The notes beneath the pieces were generated by a model, which worked only from the letters and a program-made list of their open reading frames with translations, had not been told where the DNA came from and searched no databases. Positions 58,839 through 64,000 of a stretch of DNA of 64,000 nt are shown one piece after another. The position numbers were made by a program, and so were the translations under genes. Source of the DNA: Patescibacteria group bacterium (lineage in GTDB: Bacteria; Omnitrophota; Gorgyraeia; Gygaellales; Profunditerraquicolaceae); NCBI GenBank assembly GCA_035506195.1, contig DATJPV010000023.1, positions 1,050 through 65,049 on the forward strand, in the 5' to 3' direction. The number at the start of each line of letters is the position of its first letter. Position 1 is the first letter of the stretch.

Positions 58839-59995
58839 AGAATTTTCCGTAAACGCTCAGTCGCTTCTTTGATCCTTTCCTTAGATACGGTCAGCGCCAT
58901 GCGTATGTAGTTTTTGCCGTATGCTCCGAAACCCACGCCGGGAGTAACCACGATATTCGCCCTTTCAAGCAATAGCGAAGCGAATGTGAGGGAATTCGTC
59001 TTTTTGGGGGTCTTGAGCCAGAGATAAAAGGTGGCTTTGGGCGTATTGACGCAGAAACCCAACGAGTGCAGCCCCGTCACCAGCACATCCCGGCGCTCCT
59101 GATACAGCGCGCACATGTTCCGGATGTGCTCCTGAGGCCCCTGGAGGGCGGCAAGGCCGGCAATCTGCACCGCGGAAAATATCCCCGAATCGATATTGGA
59201 CTTTACCTTGGCGAGTGCTGCGACCAATTGTCCGTTACCGCAGGCCCAGCCGACGCGCCAACCGGTCATATTATATGTTTTGGACAGCGAATGGAATTCG
59301 ATCACGGTATCCCTGGCGCCCTCCAGCTCCAGGAGGCTGGATGGACGGTATCCGTCATATGCTATTTCGGAATATGCCAGATCCGAAATAATAATGAGCT
59401 TGTGCTTTTTCGCAAACGCGATAAGCTGGCAGTAAAAATCATTTTCCGCGACCGCGGAGGTAGGATTATTGGGGTAATTGACGTAGATAAGCCTGGCCTT
59501 CCTGCAGACAGCCGTAGGTATTTTTTTCAGGTCAGGCAAAAAACCGTTTTCTTCCCGCAGGCCCATTAGATACGGTTTCCCCCCGGCAAAAATGGTCCCG
59601 CCTTTATAGGGCGGATAGCACGGATCAGGCACGAGAGCATAATCGCCTGCGTTGAGCAACGCCAGCGGCAGGTGGGCAATGCCTTCTTTGGAGCCGATAA
59701 GCGGAATGATTTCGGTGTCCGGATTCAACGTCACCCCGAAACGGTTTTTATACCAGGCGGCCATCGCCTGGCGCAATGCGGGCATGCCTTGATCCAGGGC
59801 ATAGCGATGGTGCGCGGGGTCGCGGGCCGCCCCACAGAGGCTTTCGACAATATGGGCGGGCGTAGGCTGATCAGGATCCCCGATACCCAGGTCAATAATA
59901 TCCCTGCCTTCCTGCCTGGCTTTTCTTTTGGCCTTATCGATCTCGACGAATAAATACGGCGGTAAGCTCTGTAATCTTCCAGAAACCTTAAACAT
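58835..59995 (-). CDS. dapL: LL-diaminopimelate aminotransferase-like class I aminotransferase
   Basis: 386 aa. N-terminal …LPPYLFVEIDKAKRKARQEGRDIIDLGIGDPDQPTPAHIV… resembles the DapL LPPYLFAEID signature. PLP-Lys region SLSKTYNMTGWRVGW. Adjacent to dapB and dapA. Aspartate aminotransferase is not excluded. Confidence 0.7.
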   Translation of the reverse strand: MFKVSGRLQSLPPYLFVEIDKAKRKARQEGRDIIDLGIGDPDQPTPAHIVESLCGAARDPAHHRYALDQGMPALRQAMAAWYKNRFGVTLNPDTEIIPLIGSKEGIAHLPLALLNAGDYALVPDPCYPPYKGGTIFAGGKPYLMGLREENGFLPDLKKIPTAVCRKARLIYVNYPNNPTSAVAENDFYCQLIAFAKKHKLIIISDLAYSEIAYDGYRPSSLLELEGARDTVIEFHSLSKTYNMTGWRVGWACGNGQLVAALAKVKSNIDSGIFSAVQIAGLAALQGPQEHIRNMCALYQERRDVLVTGLHSLGFCVNTPKATFYLWLKTPKKTNSLTFASLLLERANIVVTPGVGFGAYGKNYIRMALTVSKERIKEATERLRKIL

Positions 59996-60007
59996 ACGTT
60001 AACCTCG

Positions 60008-60724
60008 CTATGGTTTTGTGAGCACGTCCTGCATGGAATACAACCCCGCAGGTTTTCCAAAAAGCCATTTTGCCGCCCTCAGGGCGCCTAGGGCGAACAA
60101 GTCGCGCGAATGCGCCTGATGCTTGATCTCGATGCGCTCGGAGTTCCCGCAAAAAATAATCGTGTGATCCCCGACGATATCGCCCAGGCGTATGGCATGT
60201 ACCGGGATCTGCCTTTTTGTGGCTTCGGTCAAGACCTCGCCGAACTTCCTGGCCGTGCCCGAGGGAGAATCCTTCTTGGCCTGGTGATGCGCCTCTACGA
60301 TCTCGATGCGATAGTCGGGACCGAGCCTTTTCGCCAGCTCCGGCAGCATTGAGAATAAAACATTGACGCCGACCGACATATTGGGAGAGAATACAACCGG
60401 AACCGCATGCGAGGCCTCTTCTACTTTTTTGAGTTGCTGATCGTTAAGGCTGGTGGTCCCCAGCACAAGAGCCTTCTTGTACCTGGCCACATAGTCAAGG
60501 TTGGCTTCCGTTGCTTCAGGGACGGTGAAATCCACAAAGACATCCACCAGAAACAGCCCGTCCGAATTAGAGGATATCTTGATCTTGCCCAAGTCCTTGC
60601 CGATCGCCGGGGTCCCTTTCTTCTCCAATGCCAAGGCAATTTCGAAGTCCTTATCCTGAGAAGCCAGTTCAAAAATACGCCTGCCCATTCGACCGCATAC
60701 GCCGCTGATCCCTAGCTTGATCAT
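60008..60724 (-). CDS. dapB: 4-hydroxy-tetrahydrodipicolinate reductase
   Basis: 238 aa. MIKLGISGVCGRMGRRIFEL (Rossmann) and …EIVEAHHQAKKDSPSGTA… (DapB catalytic His/Lys region). Confidence 0.93.
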   Translation of the reverse strand: MIKLGISGVCGRMGRRIFELASQDKDFEIALALEKKGTPAIGKDLGKIKISSNSDGLFLVDVFVDFTVPEATEANLDYVARYKKALVLGTTSLNDQQLKKVEEASHAVPVVFSPNMSVGVNVLFSMLPELAKRLGPDYRIEIVEAHHQAKKDSPSGTARKFGEVLTEATKRQIPVHAIRLGDIVGDHTIIFCGNSERIEIKHQAHSRDLFALGALRAAKWLFGKPAGLYSMQDVLTKP

Positions 60725-63291
60725 TTCCGCTGCTCCTGTGTTGAGTTACCCCAGTTAATTTTATATAAGTAAATCGTGGTATGCCCCGGCTCCTGCTGAC
60801 GCGCGTCTAATTGGAAATACTTCAGGCCCCTGCCCTGTAAAAAATACAACTTGAAAAAGAGAGTTTCCGTCAGAGGGGCGGTGCAGAGCGTCGCCTTATA
60901 GTTATCCGCCTCCTGGAAGAACAAAACCGCATAGTCCGCATTGCCCTGGCTATTGATCGTTTCCTTGAGGGTTTTTTCCGTTGCCCAGATGACTTTTCCC
61001 GCGGTTATCCAGCTGCCCGTTGTTTCGTCTCGGAAATAGGCGGCTGTTTTTTCCCGGTCTACAACTATGCCGTTATCGAACAGGATGATCTTACGGTTAT
61101 CCTGAGGGACGGGCTGCTGCGCGTAGTTTGTATAGAAGCGGTACACCGAGGTAGTCAGGAGCCCGGCGGCTTCGCTGGTATCGGTAAAAAGGAACCGGCG
61201 GTACAGCGTTTCGGCATCCTTGACGGAATAACCGAAATTCTGTTGCGCGTATTGCAGGAACGGGGCTTTCTGCCGACGCAGGCGAGAGAACTCCTGCCAC
61301 AATGCACCCAGGGAAAAATCGCGGTTGGCCATCCAGCTCAAAGCCCAAAGGTAGCCGATCATGTCGTTGTTAAGCATCAGGTATGCGTTCCGGGGAGACG
61401 CATAGAGAAAACCTGCGATCTGATCGCGCCTGTCTTTATCCTGGACATAACGGGCCAGAAGGCCCATGCCCTCTTCTTTTTTGCAGGCCACCAGACGGTT
61501 AAGCAGCTCCAGGGTCTTCAGCTTGTCGTTACCCATGGCGCGGCACAGTTCTTCGAATGCCTTATTGCCGGCCAGGTCTATCATGCGCAGTATGCCTTGA
61601 GCCTCTTCTTCGCTGCGCGCAAACAGCGCCCGAGAGAACCAGTAGGGAACGGCGTGGCTCTGCCAATGCGGGTCCTCGATGGTGGCGCGCCTGCCAAGGG
61701 TCATGATCCAATCGCCCTCCCACCAGTATGCGTTGATAATGGAATCAGCGGGGGTTTCCTGGCGCATATGAAGGAACATCTTCTCCCAGGTATCGTTTAT
61801 CGACGCATGGTAATGCATGGTATATGCCCGGGACACCGGTATCGCCGTCAATGCCAGAAAGGCCAAGCCCAGCGCCATCCGGTATGCTCGCCTGCCCTGG
61901 CACAGGCGCGCATATACTATATCCAGGCAGGCGCATAACGACAACACCAGAGGTGCGGCCAAAAACAAAAGGAACCTGTGCCCGAAATGGGACAACGCCA
62001 GCGACGCCAATAGCCAAACGAACACCACGGAGAATATACACTGCCTCTGCCTAAAATCGTGGAATATCCGCTGGTAATGCGTCAGAAAGAGGATACCGAC
62101 TATCCCTCCATACAGCACAACCGACCCTCCTGAAGTAGCCAGCATATCTATGACGCTGGCGCGCTTTAATTCCGCAACGGTAAACAAAGGATAAGGCCAA
62201 AAATTATCCAGCGATAAGCCTTGGCGCAGGGCCAAATATACGAAAGGCTCTTGTACCGCCCGATGCAGCACTGCGCGCCCGGAAATGGCCCATACGGAAA
62301 CCAGGGATACAGCCAAAAACAGGCCAACCTCCCAGAGTGCATGGGTAATCCGCGCAACAAGCGGCTCCTTTTTGTCGTAGCTGACGACACCGAGCTTATA
62401 GAACAGAAAACCCGCGCACAGGATATAAAACCAAAGCCACCAGCTCGACCACAGGGAGGAATATATCCCGATCAGGATGCCCGCCAGGGCCAAAAGGAGA
62501 AACCGGGGCCGGCCCTTTTCTTTAAAGGCGTGCGCCAGGACCGCGGTAGTAAGCAGCGGCATACATAGATTATAGATATCGGTATCAAACCAGCCGTAAC
62601 CGGACCTGGCCATGACAATGGGGGCAAGGCCGAAAAAGATACTGGCGATGAAACTTCCCATGCAGGAAAGCCCGAACAGGCCGCACAGATAAAAGAAAGA
62701 GACGATCAATACGGGAGAAAGCACCACTGGCGCAAGCCCCAGGGCGCCTATAAGCGACAATTTATCGTTCAAAAAATGCATCGCCTTGTAAAGATAGACG
62801 CTGATATAGAAATGCAGCCTTATGGATTCGACGGCATCCCCCCGCGGGGCAAACTCCAAGTCATCATACTCCCGGTTCTGTCTGATCGAGGTACCGAATC
62901 TGCCCGTGTCCAGATACGTCTGCGCACGGCGCGCCCAGCGGTACGCATCGGTTTCCAGGAGATAGGGCCAGCCGTCCTTATCCCGCAGGTAGTCCTTCAT
63001 TTCCTGGCTCTTATTGCGGATGGCCTGTTCTATTTTCGCGGAGTTGCTCTGGGCATACGCATCGAATGCGCTCTTCTTGATTCTTTGCACGGCAGGCTCG
63101 GTAGGGCGTTGCGGGTAGTCGGCGGATATCTGTTGGTCCAAGGCAGACTGGAGATCGGCATATACCCATTGCCGCGCGGCCCTGTCGATATCCCGCAGAA
63201 AAAAATTATTCAGACGGAAATAGGCATTGACGGCTATGGACGCTGCCAGCAAAACCACGCATATCGGGATCGCGTATTTCTGATTAGTCAT
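60721..63291 (-). CDS. STT3/PglB/AglB-family oligosaccharyltransferase-like GT-C membrane protein (divergent)
   Basis: 856 aa. First loop LLETDAYRWARR resembles the STT3 EL1 D-x-x-Y-x-x-R block. A second acidic motif GWFDTDIYN (D-x-D) follows. About 13 TM helices, then a roughly 330-aa soluble C-terminal domain carrying AYWWEGDW where canonical enzymes have WWDYG. Confidence 0.55.
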   Translation of the reverse strand: MTNQKYAIPICVVLLAASIAVNAYFRLNNFFLRDIDRAARQWVYADLQSALDQQISADYPQRPTEPAVQRIKKSAFDAYAQSNSAKIEQAIRNKSQEMKDYLRDKDGWPYLLETDAYRWARRAQTYLDTGRFGTSIRQNREYDDLEFAPRGDAVESIRLHFYISVYLYKAMHFLNDKLSLIGALGLAPVVLSPVLIVSFFYLCGLFGLSCMGSFIASIFFGLAPIVMARSGYGWFDTDIYNLCMPLLTTAVLAHAFKEKGRPRFLLLALAGILIGIYSSLWSSWWLWFYILCAGFLFYKLGVVSYDKKEPLVARITHALWEVGLFLAVSLVSVWAISGRAVLHRAVQEPFVYLALRQGLSLDNFWPYPLFTVAELKRASVIDMLATSGGSVVLYGGIVGILFLTHYQRIFHDFRQRQCIFSVVFVWLLASLALSHFGHRFLLFLAAPLVLSLCACLDIVYARLCQGRRAYRMALGLAFLALTAIPVSRAYTMHYHASINDTWEKMFLHMRQETPADSIINAYWWEGDWIMTLGRRATIEDPHWQSHAVPYWFSRALFARSEEEAQGILRMIDLAGNKAFEELCRAMGNDKLKTLELLNRLVACKKEEGMGLLARYVQDKDRRDQIAGFLYASPRNAYLMLNNDMIGYLWALSWMANRDFSLGALWQEFSRLRRQKAPFLQYAQQNFGYSVKDAETLYRRFLFTDTSEAAGLLTTSVYRFYTNYAQQPVPQDNRKIILFDNGIVVDREKTAAYFRDETTGSWITAGKVIWATEKTLKETINSQGNADYAVLFFQEADNYKATLCTAPLTETLFFKLYFLQGRGLKYFQLDARQQEPGHTTIYLYKINWGNSTQEQRK

Positions 63292-63301
63292 CCGGAACGC
63301 C

Positions 63302-64000
63302 TTATAATAAGCCGTAATCTTTCAAGGATTTCTTCAGCTTCTCCGTATTTTCTTCTGACATCGCGGACATCGGCAGCCTTAATTCGGGCGCGCACAAACC
63401 CAGTATCCCCATTGCGGTCTTAACGGGTATGGGGTTTGTCTCGATAAACATGGCCCTTATCAAAGGCAGGAGCCGGTAATGTATCTGCTGGGCCTTGGCG
63501 ATATTGCCTCTCTCAAACTCTGCCACCAGCTCTGCAGTGTCTTTGGGCACGATATTCGCTACGACCGAAATCACGCCGGTGCCTCCGATAGCAAGCACGG
63601 GCAGGGTCAGGCCGTCATCCCCCGACAAAAGATCAAACCCCGGCACAGACAAGGCTTTAACCCGGGACATCTGCTCAAGGTTCCCGGATGCCTCTTTGAT
63701 GCCCACGATATTCTTACACTCCCTGGCCAGGCGGGCTACGGTTTCCGGCTCGATGTTGACGCCGGTACGCGAAGCAATGTTATAGAGTACCAACGGTATA
63801 TCTGCGGCTTCGGCAATGGCCTTAAAATGTTCATAGAGGCCTTTCTGGGTGGGCCGGTTATAATACGGGGCCACCTGCAAAGAGGCATCGGCTCCGGATG
63901 CGGCCGCATGCTTCGTAAGCATGACTGCCTCTGCGGTAGAATTTGAGCCGGTCCCGGCGATAACCGGCACTCTTTTACGGGTCTGCTCGATAGTAATCTC
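63302..64000 (-). CDS. dapA: 4-hydroxy-tetrahydrodipicolinate synthase, C-terminal part (gene start beyond window end)
   Basis: …IAGTGSNSTAEAVMLTKHAAASGADASLQVAPYYNRPTQKGLYEHFKAIAEAADIPLVLYNIASRTG… is DapA-like. The frame is open to the window edge (the ORF-track 63302..63970 begins at an internal Met). Confidence 0.9.
   Translation of the reverse strand, partial: EITIEQTRKRVPVIAGTGSNSTAEAVMLTKHAAASGADASLQVAPYYNRPTQKGLYEHFKAIAEAADIPLVLYNIASRTGVNIEPETVARLARECKNIVGIKEASGNLEQMSRVKALSVPGFDLLSGDDGLTLPVLAIGGTGVISVVANIVPKDTAELVAEFERGNIAKAQQIHYRLLPLIRAMFIETNPIPVKTAMGILGLCAPELRLPMSAMSEENTEKLKKSLKDYGLL

Overview
Every gene in this 64-kb bacterial window lies on the minus strand. Working from the low-coordinate end upward, it holds: the 5' end of fusA; rpsG, rpsL, rpoC, rpoB, rplL, rplJ, rplA, rplK, nusG, secE, tRNA-Trp, rpmG and tRNA-Thr; ksgA, pdxA and a surA-like gene; a shortened mfd; secDF, yajC and rpsP; a trpE-like gene; hisI, hisF, a peptidoglycan-binding lipoprotein, hisA, hisH, hisB and hisD; alaS, recX, htrA and recA; a MiaB-family methylthiotransferase, rsmE and a DsbD_2-like membrane protein; a Memo-AMMECR1 fusion followed by a radical SAM gene (an AmmeMemoRadiSam system of unknown function); tRNA-Ala; a type IV pilus locus (three minor pilins, pilA, pilC, pilB, pilQ, pilP-like, pilO, a pilM-pilN fusion, and an excisionase-family HTH gene upstream of pilMN); a PilX-like gene and two small unknown ORFs; a TonB-like/ExbD/ExbB set with an 822-aa TPR protein; uvrA; a TMTC-like GT-C/TPR membrane protein; a tandem-repeat Lys-rich small protein; nadX, panC and folK; dapL and dapB; an STT3/PglB-like membrane protein; and the 3' part of dapA. 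No CRISPR arrays, insertion sequences or rRNA genes were seen. Four near-consensus sigma70 promoters (TTGACA, 17-bp spacer, TATAAT-like) and two hairpin terminators could be read from the sequence. The most interesting points are the AmmeMemoRadiSam triad, the STT3-like gene inside the dap cluster, a second GT-C/TPR protein, the repeat-built small protein, the minimal Mfd, and the cluster of small unknown ORFs between the pilus locus and the ExbBD/TPR module.
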